Positions 51,327 to 60,567 of a DNA stretch of 61,514 nt are shown here, in pieces. The stretch lies in the NCBI GenBank assembly GCA_964548405.1, contig CAZJPW010000003.1, positions 1 to 61,514 of the forward strand, in the 5' to 3' direction. Under the pieces are notes generated by a model. That model was not told where the DNA came from, did not search any database, and saw only the letters and a program-made list of their open reading frames with translations. Origin of the DNA: an uncultured Candidatus Saccharibacteria bacterium (GTDB taxonomy: Bacteria; Patescibacteriota; Minisyncoccia; Portnoybacterales; UBA2143). The number at the start of each line of letters is the position of its first letter. Positions within the stretch are counted from its first letter, which is position 1. The translations under genes and the position numbers were made by a program.

Positions 51327-52784
51327 ATGATTAATAAAAAAATAATTCTTTTAATCCCACCGCAAGAAAAATTTTCAAAAGATTATATTCCTTCTTTAGG
51401 TGTTGGCTATGTTGCAGCAAATTTAGAAAAAAATGGTTATAAAGTAAAAATAATTGATAGTCATACTGAACACTATGATAATAGTATAACAATTAAAAGG
51501 ATTTTGGAAGAGGATCCTTCAGCTGTTGGAGTTACTGGCGTAACTCAAAATCGTTTTAACGCTATTGAGATTATAAGGGAATTAAAAAAACAGCGAAAAG
51601 ACCTGTTTATTTTTGTTGGTGGAAGACATTTTCATCATACGTCTAAATCTACTCTTTCTTTGGTTCCTGAAATTGATGTTATCGTCAAGGGAGAAGGCGA
51701 AATAACAGCAGTTGAATTATTAGATAACTATTTTAACAAAGGTGATTTTAGTAAAGTTTTGGGCATTGTTTATTGTAAAGACAGAGAAATAATCAGCACA
51801 CCAGAGAGACCTTTAATTAAAAATTTAGATGAATTACCTGTTCATGCATGGCATTTATTTGATCTATCTAAATACGATGCTACATTAGAAGGAGAATATA
51901 AAACACGTTCTATTGGAGTAATTAGTTCTCGTGGTTGTCCAAATCAATGTACTTTTTGCGCTAATGCTTCTTTTTGGAATACTTTAAGACTGCGCAGTCC
52001 GAAAAATTTTGTTGATGAAGTAGAATTTTTGTATAAAAACTATAATTATCAAGGTTTTGACTTTTGGGACGATACAATAACTCTAAATAGAAACCATATA
52101 TTTGGGATCTGTCAGGAAATTATAAATAGAGGATTAGATATTATTTGGTATGCCAGAGCTAGGGTTAATACTATTGATGAAGAAATGTTAAGAATTATGA
52201 GAAAAGCTGGATGTAGAATTATTAGCTTTGGAGTGGAATCCGGCAGTGAAAATATTTTAAAGAATATTAAAAAAAATATTACTTTAGAACAAATTAAAAA
52301 AGCTTTTGAATTATCAGCTAAGCTTGGTTTTATTACTAAGGCCTTTTTTATGTTTAGTTTGCCCGGTGAAAAATTAATTGATATAAAAGAAACCAACAAA
52401 TTAATTTATAGATTATTAAGCTACGGAAGAAAATATAGAGTATCAGTCTATATTGAAAAAGCCTATACTTTAATTTATCCGGGAACCGAGATTGAGAAAG
52501 AGGCAATTAAAGAAGGATGTTTAGATAAAAATTTTAATTGGAATAAGAAACAGAAAATTAAACGTTCTGTAGAATTAAACCTTAATCCCCATATTCCCGT
52601 TTATGAAAATAAGGATTTACCAATCGAAAAAATAAAAGAATTCAACAGAAAATTAGATTTAAAGCCAATTAATATTCTTAGAAAAACTTTTTATCATTTA
52701 AGTCAAATAAAGAAACTTTCTGATTTGAGGCGTGTTTATAAACTAATTAAATTATTTATAAAAAAATTATTGACTCATATCTGA
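51327..52784 (+). CDS. B12-binding-domain radical SAM protein no. 6
   Basis: VGGRHF, KGEGE, SRGCPNQCTFC, FGVESG. Confidence 0.9.
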   Translation: MINKKIILLIPPQEKFSKDYIPSLGVGYVAANLEKNGYKVKIIDSHTEHYDNSITIKRILEEDPSAVGVTGVTQNRFNAIEIIRELKKQRKDLFIFVGGRHFHHTSKSTLSLVPEIDVIVKGEGEITAVELLDNYFNKGDFSKVLGIVYCKDREIISTPERPLIKNLDELPVHAWHLFDLSKYDATLEGEYKTRSIGVISSRGCPNQCTFCANASFWNTLRLRSPKNFVDEVEFLYKNYNYQGFDFWDDTITLNRNHIFGICQEIINRGLDIIWYARARVNTIDEEMLRIMRKAGCRIISFGVESGSENILKNIKKNITLEQIKKAFELSAKLGFITKAFFMFSLPGEKLIDIKETNKLIYRLLSYGRKYRVSVYIEKAYTLIYPGTEIEKEAIKEGCLDKNFNWNKKQKIKRSVELNLNPHIPVYENKDLPIEKIKEFNRKLDLKPINILRKTFYHLSQIKKLSDLRRVYKLIKLFIKKLLTHI

Positions 52785-52805
52785 TTGAGGTATACTCATT
52801 GATTT

Positions 52806-54158
52806 TTACCGGCCGCTTCTCATTAGGACAATCTTAATGGTTCTTAGAAGAATACTTAGGTCTAAAACAAAAGATCGGCGTTTGATATAGTAAAGTTCGT
52901 ATTGTAGTTTTTCAATACTGTCTTCAATACAAGCTCCGTAGCGGAAATTAACCTGGGCCCAGCCTGTTAAACCAGGCTTAACAATGTGGCGGATCTGATA
53001 ATAAGGGGTTGTCTTTTCGCATTCTTGAACAAATTCAATTCTTTCTGGTCTTGGTCCAATAAAACTCATTTGTCCGGAAAAAACATTCCAAAGCTGGGGG
53101 AATTCATCTAATCTGCTACGTCTTAGAAAGTTTCCTACTTTGGTGATTCGGGGGTCATTCTTCTGAGCATATATTGGTTTACCGTCTGGTTCACTGCTTC
53201 CATCTTTGGCTGTGGCATACATGGTTCTGTATTTGTATATCATAAAAATCTGACCGTCTTGACCAATCCTTCTTTGTTTGATGAATATTGGACCAGGACT
53301 ACTTATTTTTATGGATAATGCGATAAAAGGAAAGAGAATTAGACTGGTGACGCCGAGAATGAAGGCGCCCGTCATATCTAGTACTCTTTTTATTGCTTCA
53401 TAAAAATTCTTCTGACTTTCAGTTAGGTTTTCTAAAAACCAGATTTCTCCGATGCTGGAGATAGGGACTTTGCCTAAAATTCTTTCATAAAAAGAGGGTA
53501 GGTCACTAAAGCTGATTTTTAAAGGTAGGCATTGGTATAGACTTTGAACTAATCTAGTATCTTGATAAGGATTAATAGCTGTGACAATTGTTTTAATATT
53601 TATCTGAGTGACCATTTCTAATAAGTCAAAAGGAGTTTTAATATCTTCTGGCTCAATTTTTTTAAGTATTCTGTAACCAAATTGGGGATTGTTCTTAATG
53701 ATTTTATCTATCTGTTCAATTTCTTTGCTTTTTCCAATAATTAAAACATTATTAAGTAAGGCAGAAGATCTAATTAATCGGTTGTAAAAATTTCGCCAGA
53801 CTGAGAAAAGAACAGCGAAAACACCCAGGTTTAAGAAAAGGTTGGTTTTAGGTGTAATGCCGAAATACGGAATAAAATAGAAGAAGGCAATAGCCAAACT
53901 AATGTTTATTATCAAGCTGCGTAAAAGGGTGTTGTAAAACCCAATATTATTCCTGGCCAAGCTTAATTCATAAAGGCCGGCGATGAAGAAAATAATCAGC
54001 CAAAAAAAGTAGATAATGGTGAATGGCAAAAAATGTTGCTGCCAGCGGTTGAAATTAAAACTTTCCCCGTAGCGCATTAGTAGAGCTACCCAGAGAGATA
54101 AATATAAGACAACCAAATCGCCTATTAATAAAGTGATTCTTTTTATTCTTTTAGGCAT
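52806..54158 (-). CDS. Priming polyprenyl glycosylphosphotransferase (WcaJ/WbaP-like sugar transferase)
   Basis: N-terminal TMs; KRVLD, KYRTM, DPRITKVGNFLRRSRLDEFPQLWNV, MSFIGPRPE, KPGLTGWAQV. Confidence 0.92.
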   Translation of the reverse strand: MPKRIKRITLLIGDLVVLYLSLWVALLMRYGESFNFNRWQQHFLPFTIIYFFWLIIFFIAGLYELSLARNNIGFYNTLLRSLIINISLAIAFFYFIPYFGITPKTNLFLNLGVFAVLFSVWRNFYNRLIRSSALLNNVLIIGKSKEIEQIDKIIKNNPQFGYRILKKIEPEDIKTPFDLLEMVTQINIKTIVTAINPYQDTRLVQSLYQCLPLKISFSDLPSFYERILGKVPISSIGEIWFLENLTESQKNFYEAIKRVLDMTGAFILGVTSLILFPFIALSIKISSPGPIFIKQRRIGQDGQIFMIYKYRTMYATAKDGSSEPDGKPIYAQKNDPRITKVGNFLRRSRLDEFPQLWNVFSGQMSFIGPRPERIEFVQECEKTTPYYQIRHIVKPGLTGWAQVNFRYGACIEDSIEKLQYELYYIKRRSFVLDLSILLRTIKIVLMRSGR

Positions 54159-54165
54159 TAATTCT

Positions 54166-54210
54166 ATTCTACCATTTCAATTTGATAAATCAAGCCAAAT
54201 AAGGTAAAAT
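54166..54210. promoter_or_regulatory. Divergent promoter pair, both with leaderless spacing
   Basis: Plus strand: TTGATA (54182), N17, TAAAAT, N7, ATG 54218. Minus strand: TTGATT, N16, then TAGAAT (54171-54166) preceded by TGG, N7, ATG 54158. Confidence 0.65.
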
Positions 54211-54217
54211 ATTTATT

Positions 54218-55969
54218 ATGAAGAAGTATTTAATATTATTCTGTCTAAGTTTTTTACTGTTCGTTTTTAACGTTGAAGCGGCTTCTTTGGGTGAGGAAGT
54301 TGATTTTTTTGTTGATTCTGGTTATGACAGTGATAACCGTAGTCAGCTAACAGCTACTTTAAAAGTTATGGGCGACAATATCTATTTTTATGTTGATAAT
54401 TATTACCATGATAATCTTAATGGCACTCTAAAAAATGGTTTAAGGGAAAGATTAGAAAATTTAGCTGATGAATTTGACAATGTTATTTATCCCAAGTTAA
54501 GAGCAGTTTATGGTTCTGAATGGAATCCAGGTATTGATAATGATTCCAGAATTACTGTTTTGATCAGTCAGTTGATTAACACGGCTGGTGGCTATATTAA
54601 TGTTTATGACTCTTTTTCCAAAGAAAATATTGCCAGCTCTAATCAAAGAGAAATGATTTATTTGAATGCCTTAAATATTTTTAGTAAAAATAATAAGGCC
54701 TTTTTAGCTCATGAATTTCAGCATTTAATCACTCTTTACCAAAAAAGCATTGTTCATGGAAAAGAAGAAGAAGTTTGGTTAAATGAGGCCCGTTCTGAAT
54801 ATGCCCCGACCATTTGTGGGTATAATGATGTTTATGGAGGTAGTTATTTAGCTGATCGGGTTGATACTTTTTTGGATACTCCTTCTGATTCTTTGACTGA
54901 GTGGAAGAATAAAATAGCTGATTATGGAGTAGTTAATCTTTTTCTTCATTATTTAGTTGACTATTATGGCACTGAAATTTTAACTCGGATGATGATGAGT
55001 AATCAGGTTGGTATAGCTAGTATTACTTATGCTTTGGCAGATCTGGGCTATTCTGAAACTTTTTCTGACGTTTTTACTAATTGGGCTTTAGCTAATTATT
55101 TAAATGATTGTCAAATAGGCGACAATTATTGTTATTTGAATGATAATTTGACTTATTTTCGTTTAAATGTTGATTATTCAGCCAGCTATAGCGGTTTTCC
55201 TAATTTGATTGTTAATCGAAGCAGCTCAATCAAGGATTGGGCGCCTTATTGGTACCGTTTTAGACAGGGTGGAACTGTTTCCACAGATAGGGATATTCTT
55301 AAATTGGAATTTGAAGGCCTAGGCGACAGAACTGATTTCAAAGTGCCATATATTGTTTCAGGCTATAACACACCAACTACAGTCAAGTTTATTCCTCTAG
55401 AAGATAAAAAAGGAACCGTCTATATCCCTGAATTTACCAGTTTGGATAAGTCGGTTATTCTTGTTCCTATTAATCAATACAAACAAAGCGATTTTGGCAC
55501 AGACGAACCATCAAGTACATTTACCTTTACTGCTACTAGCGTCGTCACAGCTCCGATTGTAGAAGACATTGCCGAAGACAATGAAGAAGACATTAATGAG
55601 CCGATTGTTAATTATCCGGAAGGAAGCCTGCTCAGAGCTGAAGGCGATTATAGAGTTTATATTATTAAGGGAAGTTACAAGCGTTGGATTCAAACAGCTG
55701 AGATATTTAATAACTATGGGCATTTAACTTGGGATGATATTATTGATGTAAAGCCAAGTGAGTTAGCCCAATATCAGGAAGCTTGGATGATTAGGGCTGA
55801 TGGTGATAAAAAAGTTTATGAGTTGAATGCTGATGCCACTAAACATTGGATTAATATGACGGCTGAGCAGTTTACCTTAACCGGTCACAACTGGGATATG
55901 GTCTTTATTGTTAATGACTGGGAAAGAGATTTTTATACTATCGGAGCTGATGTGATGTTTGTAGAATAA
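54218..55969 (+). CDS. Secreted zinc metallopeptidase-like protein with C-terminal shared anchor-like domain
   Basis: Signal peptide; LAHEFQHLI (HExxH) and WLNEARSE; C-terminal GSLLRAEGDYRVYII...KHWINMTAEQF. Confidence 0.75.
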   Translation: MKKYLILFCLSFLLFVFNVEAASLGEEVDFFVDSGYDSDNRSQLTATLKVMGDNIYFYVDNYYHDNLNGTLKNGLRERLENLADEFDNVIYPKLRAVYGSEWNPGIDNDSRITVLISQLINTAGGYINVYDSFSKENIASSNQREMIYLNALNIFSKNNKAFLAHEFQHLITLYQKSIVHGKEEEVWLNEARSEYAPTICGYNDVYGGSYLADRVDTFLDTPSDSLTEWKNKIADYGVVNLFLHYLVDYYGTEILTRMMMSNQVGIASITYALADLGYSETFSDVFTNWALANYLNDCQIGDNYCYLNDNLTYFRLNVDYSASYSGFPNLIVNRSSSIKDWAPYWYRFRQGGTVSTDRDILKLEFEGLGDRTDFKVPYIVSGYNTPTTVKFIPLEDKKGTVYIPEFTSLDKSVILVPINQYKQSDFGTDEPSSTFTFTATSVVTAPIVEDIAEDNEEDINEPIVNYPEGSLLRAEGDYRVYIIKGSYKRWIQTAEIFNNYGHLTWDDIIDVKPSELAQYQEAWMIRADGDKKVYELNADATKHWINMTAEQFTLTGHNWDMVFIVNDWERDFYTIGADVMFVE

Positions 55970-55970
55970 T

Positions 55971-56753
55971 ATGAATAAGATTCAAAAAAATGTTTCTCTA
56001 GCGGAGTATACGACTTTTAAAATTGGGGGACCAGCTAAATATTTTTGTAAAGTTGAAAATAAGGAAGAATTGATTAAGGCAATAGATTTTGCTAAAAGCA
56101 AAGATTTGCCTTTTTTTGTTTTAGGCGGAGGCAGTAATCTTTTAGTTAGCGATCAAGGTTTTAATGGGCTGGCAATAAAAATACAAAATACCAAATACCA
56201 GATACTAGATACAAAAATCATAGCTGGGGCTGGAACAAAATTAAGTAATTTAGTTGGGTTTTCTATAAAGAATGGATTAACCGGCCTAGAATGGGCTATT
56301 GGTATTCCGGGAACCGTAGGCGGGGCTGTTAAAGTAAATGCTCATGCTTTTAATTCTGATATGTCTCAATTAGTTAAGAAAATAGAAAAAATAGATGAGA
56401 CTATTTTTTCAGTTGAATTAGAGTTTAAAAAAGGCAATCAGCAAAGGAGTAAGGAATTAATAAAAGAATATGCTAAAAAAAGAATAAGCACTCAGCCATT
56501 AAAATATCCGTCAGCTGGTTGTATTTTTAGAAATGTTCCTGGTCATGGCGCTGGTCGGTTAATTGATCAAGCTGGATTAAAAGGAGAAAGGATCGGGGAT
56601 GCCATGATTTCAGACAAGCATGCTAATTTCATTATTAACTTAGGCGAAGCCAAAGCTGAAGATGTAGTTAAACTAATTAATTTAATTAAGCAAAAAGTCA
56701 AAGAAAAATTCAAGGTTGATTTAGAAGAAGAAATTGATTATTTGGGATTTTAA
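55971..56753 (+). CDS. murB: UDP-N-acetylenolpyruvoylglucosamine reductase (shortened)
   Basis: TTFKIGGPA, LGGGSNLL, GIPGTVGGA, SAGCIFRN, KHANFIIN, LEEEI. Confidence 0.92.
   Translation: MNKIQKNVSLAEYTTFKIGGPAKYFCKVENKEELIKAIDFAKSKDLPFFVLGGGSNLLVSDQGFNGLAIKIQNTKYQILDTKIIAGAGTKLSNLVGFSIKNGLTGLEWAIGIPGTVGGAVKVNAHAFNSDMSQLVKKIEKIDETIFSVELEFKKGNQQRSKELIKEYAKKRISTQPLKYPSAGCIFRNVPGHGAGRLIDQAGLKGERIGDAMISDKHANFIINLGEAKAEDVVKLINLIKQKVKEKFKVDLEEEIDYLGF
56179..56213 (+). repeat. Five tandem heptamers A(A/G)ATAC(A/C/T) inside murB
   Basis: aaataca aaatacc aaatacc agatact agataca. Confidence 0.8.
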
Positions 56754-56761
56754 TAATAGTA

Positions 56762-56770
56762 TGATAAAAT
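56762..56770 (+). promoter_or_regulatory. Extended -10 promoter of hpf
   Basis: TG-A-TAAAAT, 9 nt before ATG 56780. Confidence 0.55.
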
Positions 56771-56779
56771 GAAGATGAT

Positions 56780-57190
56780 ATGAAAATAATTATAAAAACT
56801 ACCAATATAGAATTATCTCCAAGTATTAACCAATATATTGAAGAAAAGATTGGTGGTTTAGAGAGATTTTTAAAGGGATTTGATCCTAACTTGGTTGAAG
56901 CTCGGGTAGAAGTGGGTAGGATAACACGAGGCCAGCGCCATGGGGAAATTTATAGGGCAGAAGTTAATTTAAGTTTTGACGGTAATTTTATCAGAGCTGA
57001 AGAAACAGAAGAATCTTTACAAGCAGCTATTGATTTAGTTAAAGACTATTTACAGAGAGAAATAAGGCAGCAGAAGAATAAGAAAATGACTAAGTTTATG
57101 AGGGGGGCAAGGTCCTGGAAGAAATTCTGGCGGATTAGTCCATTAGCTAGATTTCGCAAGCCTAAATCTGGCAGGATAATCAAAGATTGA
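56780..57190 (+). CDS. hpf: Ribosome hibernation promoting factor (HPF/RaiA)
   Basis: IELSPSINQYIEEKI, AEVNL, AEETEESLQAAID. Confidence 0.88.
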   Translation: MKIIIKTTNIELSPSINQYIEEKIGGLERFLKGFDPNLVEARVEVGRITRGQRHGEIYRAEVNLSFDGNFIRAEETEESLQAAIDLVKDYLQREIRQQKNKKMTKFMRGARSWKKFWRISPLARFRKPKSGRIIKD

Positions 57191-57237
57191 TTTTTTAGTA
57201 ATCTGTGCTAGAATAAAAACAGCTTTAAGCTGTTTTT
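57187..57237 (+). promoter_or_regulatory. secA promoter followed by a palindrome
   Basis: TTGATT (57187), TGC-TAGAAT (57206-57214), then AAAAACAGCT-TTA-AGCTGTTTTT. Confidence 0.55.
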
Positions 57238-57248
57238 GCTTTTAATCT

Positions 57249-59729
57249 ATGGGTATTTTAGATAAATTTTTAGGCGACGCTAACGAAAAAGAATTAAAGA
57301 AGTTGGAGTCGTCAGTTGAGGAAATTAATAGGCTCGAACCGGAGTTCGAGTCTTTTTCTAATGAACAACTAAAGGATAAAACTAAAGAATTTAAGGAAAG
57401 ATTAGATTCATCAACTGGCCGAAAAGAAACTTTGGATGACATTTTGCCTGAAGCTTTTGCTTTAGTAAGGGAGGCCGCTAAACGAACTCTAGGCCAGCGT
57501 CATTATGATTCCCAGTTGATTGGCGGAATCGTTTTACATCAAGGTAAGATTACTGAAATGAAAACAGGCGAGGGCAAGACTTTAGCTGCAACTCTGGCTG
57601 TATATCTTAATGCTCTATCAGGGCAGGATGTTCATGTTATTACAGTTAATGATTACTTGTCTCGGCGTGATCTTAATTGGATGGGTCCGGTATATAATAT
57701 ATTAGGTTTGTCTTGTGCTTGTTTAAATCATGAAAAGGCATATATCTTTGATCCAGAAGAATTGAAAGAAGTTTCTAGGAAAGAAGCATATCAGGTAGAT
57801 ATTACCTATGGGACTAATAATGAATTCGGCTTTGATTATTTAAGGGATAATATGGCTCAAAGTTTAGAAATGATGGCTCAGCGTGGTCATAATTTTGCCA
57901 TAATTGACGAGGTGGACAGTATTCTGATTGATGAAGCTAGGACTCCTTTGATAATTTCTATGCCCGATGCAGATTCAACTAAGCTTTATGATCAATTTAG
58001 TCAGATCGTCCCCCGACTAAAAGAGAATGCTGATTATAATATTGATGAAAAGGCTCGGGCCGTAACCTTAACTGAACAAGGTATTGCTAAAGTAGAGAAA
58101 ATCCTGGGCATGGATAATATTTATCAAGAGGGCGGCATTCGCTATGTTCATCATCTAGAACAAGCCCTAAGGGCTGATGTTTTGTTTAAAAAAGATACTC
58201 ATTATGTAGTTAAGGATGGACAGGTAATTATTGTTGATGATTTTACAGGAAGGTTAATGCCTGGACGTCGTTATTCTGAAGGTTTACATCAAGCTTTGGA
58301 AGCTAAGGAAAAAGTTCAGGTTCAGCAAGAGAGCAGGACTTTGGCTTCAGTTACTTTTCAAAACTATTTTAGGATGTATTCAAAATTAGCCGGTATGACT
58401 GGAACGGCTGTTACCTCAGCCGAGGAATTCCATAAGGTTTATGGTTTAGAAGCTATAATTGTTCCGACTAACAAGCCTATGATTAGGGAAGATTTGCCGG
58501 ATAATGTCTATAAGAGTGAGCAAGGTAAAATTAAGGCTATTGTTCGGGAAATCAAAGAAAGAAATGAAAAAGGTCAACCTGTTCTGGTAGGAACAGTTTC
58601 TATTGAAAAGAATGAATTACTTTCAGCTTATTTAAAAAAGGCTGGCCTTGTTCATCAAGTTTTAAATGCTAAGAATCATGAACAGGAAGCGAAGATCATT
58701 GCTCAGGCTGGTGAAAAAGGATCAGTAACCGTGGCAACTAATATGGCTGGTAGGGGTGTTGATATTGTTTTAGGTGAAGGCGTAGTCGGATTAGGAGGCC
58801 TTCACGTTCTTGGTACAGAACGACATGAAGCCAGAAGAATTGATGATCAGTTGAGAGGTAGGGCTGGGCGTCAGGGTGATCCGGGTTCTAGTCGATTTTT
58901 TGTTTCTTTAGAAGATGACTTGATGCGGATTTTCGGCGGAGATAAGGTTAAATCAATGTTGGAAATGATGAAGATTCCTGATGATCAACCCATAACTAAT
59001 AAGATGGTTTCTAGAGCAATTGAATCGGCCCAAGGCAAGATTGAAGGATTTAATTTTGATATTAGGAAACATGTTTTGGAATATGACGATGTCATGAATA
59101 AACAGAGAGAAACTATTTATAAGAAGCGAAGAGATATTTTAACTAAGAAGAATCTTAAAAAAGAAGCTTTAGAAATAATCAGGGAAGAAATTGAAAAGTT
59201 TGTTCAATTTCATTCTCAAGATCAAATTAATTACAAAGAAATATCAGAGATAGCTAAAAGTATTTTCCCAGTCCCTGATAGGGAAAATCTAGAAGATAAA
59301 TTAAAAAGCTTGAGAGCTCCAGAAAAAATCTCTGAACATTTGATTAAAATAGCTGAAGAAAATTATAAGAAGAAAGAGAAGGAAGTGGAGAAGAAAAATA
59401 TGCGCCAGATTGAAAAATTCGTCATGTTAAGAAGCATTGATACTTTATGGATGGATCATTTGGATAATATGGATCATTTAAGAGATAGTGTTCGTTTAAG
59501 GGCCTATGGACAAAAGGATCCCTTGGTAGAATACAAGAATGAGGGCATCAGGATGTTTAAAAGCTTATTAGGAGCTATTAAAGCTACCGTAGTTAATACG
59601 ATTTACAAAGTTGCCTTAGCGCCGGCTGATAAAGTAGCACAAATGACAGGAAATAAGGGTAAGGTTGGTAGGAATGATCCATGTCCTTGCGGAAGCGGCA
59701 AAAAATTTAAAAAGTGCCATGGGAAATAA
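57249..59729 (+). CDS. secA: Preprotein translocase ATPase SecA
   Basis: EMKTGEGKT, DEVDSILIDEARTPLIIS, TNMAGRGVDI, QLRGRAGRQGDPG, GRNDPCPCGSGKKFKKCHG. Confidence 0.98.
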   Translation: MGILDKFLGDANEKELKKLESSVEEINRLEPEFESFSNEQLKDKTKEFKERLDSSTGRKETLDDILPEAFALVREAAKRTLGQRHYDSQLIGGIVLHQGKITEMKTGEGKTLAATLAVYLNALSGQDVHVITVNDYLSRRDLNWMGPVYNILGLSCACLNHEKAYIFDPEELKEVSRKEAYQVDITYGTNNEFGFDYLRDNMAQSLEMMAQRGHNFAIIDEVDSILIDEARTPLIISMPDADSTKLYDQFSQIVPRLKENADYNIDEKARAVTLTEQGIAKVEKILGMDNIYQEGGIRYVHHLEQALRADVLFKKDTHYVVKDGQVIIVDDFTGRLMPGRRYSEGLHQALEAKEKVQVQQESRTLASVTFQNYFRMYSKLAGMTGTAVTSAEEFHKVYGLEAIIVPTNKPMIREDLPDNVYKSEQGKIKAIVREIKERNEKGQPVLVGTVSIEKNELLSAYLKKAGLVHQVLNAKNHEQEAKIIAQAGEKGSVTVATNMAGRGVDIVLGEGVVGLGGLHVLGTERHEARRIDDQLRGRAGRQGDPGSSRFFVSLEDDLMRIFGGDKVKSMLEMMKIPDDQPITNKMVSRAIESAQGKIEGFNFDIRKHVLEYDDVMNKQRETIYKKRRDILTKKNLKKEALEIIREEIEKFVQFHSQDQINYKEISEIAKSIFPVPDRENLEDKLKSLRAPEKISEHLIKIAEENYKKKEKEVEKKNMRQIEKFVMLRSIDTLWMDHLDNMDHLRDSVRLRAYGQKDPLVEYKNEGIRMFKSLLGAIKATVVNTIYKVALAPADKVAQMTGNKGKVGRNDPCPCGSGKKFKKCHGK

Positions 59730-60567
59730 AAATTCATTAAGAAATCGTTCTATAGGTGTTTTTGACTCTGGTTTTGGTGGTTTAGATATTCTTAAGGATA
59801 TAGTTAAAAAATTACCTCAGTATAACTATATTTACTTTGGTGATACAGCTAGAACACCTTACGGCACTCGTTCTCAAGAAGTAATCTATAACTTCACTGA
59901 ACAAGCAGTTGATCATCTTTTTAAGAGAAATTGTCAATTGATAATTTTGGCTTGTAATACAGCTTCCAGTGAGGCGCTTTTTAGACTCCAGCAGAGATAT
60001 TTATCCAATTATTATCCTCAAAGAAGAATTTTAGGGATAATTATACCAGCCGCTGAAGCAGCCGGTGAAAAAACTATTAGTAATCGAGTTGGGGTTATTG
60101 CCACTGAGGCAACAGTTGATTCAAGAGCTTTTATAGAAGAATTAGAGAAAGTTAATTTTAAGATGAGGATTTTTCAAAAGGCCTGTCCTTTATTAGTCCC
60201 TATTATTGAAACCGGAGAAAAAAATCCAGAAGTTATTGAATTAGTTCTTAAAGATTATCTTACTCCTTTGATTAAAAAACAAATTGATACTTTAATTTTT
60301 GGCTGTACTCATTATGGCATTTTAGAAAATAGGATTAGAAAGATTATTGGGAATAATATTAATATTATTAATGAAGGGAAAATAGTGGCTGATAAATTAA
60401 AAGATTATTTAATTCGTCATCCAGAAATAGAAACCAGGCTTTTAAAAGATTCAAAGATTGATTTTTTGACCACGGATTTAACCAATAGGTTTAAAACCTT
60501 AGGCACAAAATATTTTAAGAGGAATATTGAGCCAGAAAAAGTTTGTTTAGAGAAAATATGTTTTTAA
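59719..60567 (+). CDS. murI: Glutamate racemase
   Basis: GVFDSGFGG, GDTARTPYG, LACNTAS, GCTHY; ATG 59719 overlaps the end of secA. Confidence 0.95.
   Translation: MGNKNSLRNRSIGVFDSGFGGLDILKDIVKKLPQYNYIYFGDTARTPYGTRSQEVIYNFTEQAVDHLFKRNCQLIILACNTASSEALFRLQQRYLSNYYPQRRILGIIIPAAEAAGEKTISNRVGVIATEATVDSRAFIEELEKVNFKMRIFQKACPLLVPIIETGEKNPEVIELVLKDYLTPLIKKQIDTLIFGCTHYGILENRIRKIIGNNINIINEGKIVADKLKDYLIRHPEIETRLLKDSKIDFLTTDLTNRFKTLGTKYFKRNIEPEKVCLEKICF

Noticed and set aside
57405-57430. Second REP-like insertion in secA (DSSTGRK)
   Set aside because: The loop is slightly long, but the nucleotide match to the asnB element is too weak.
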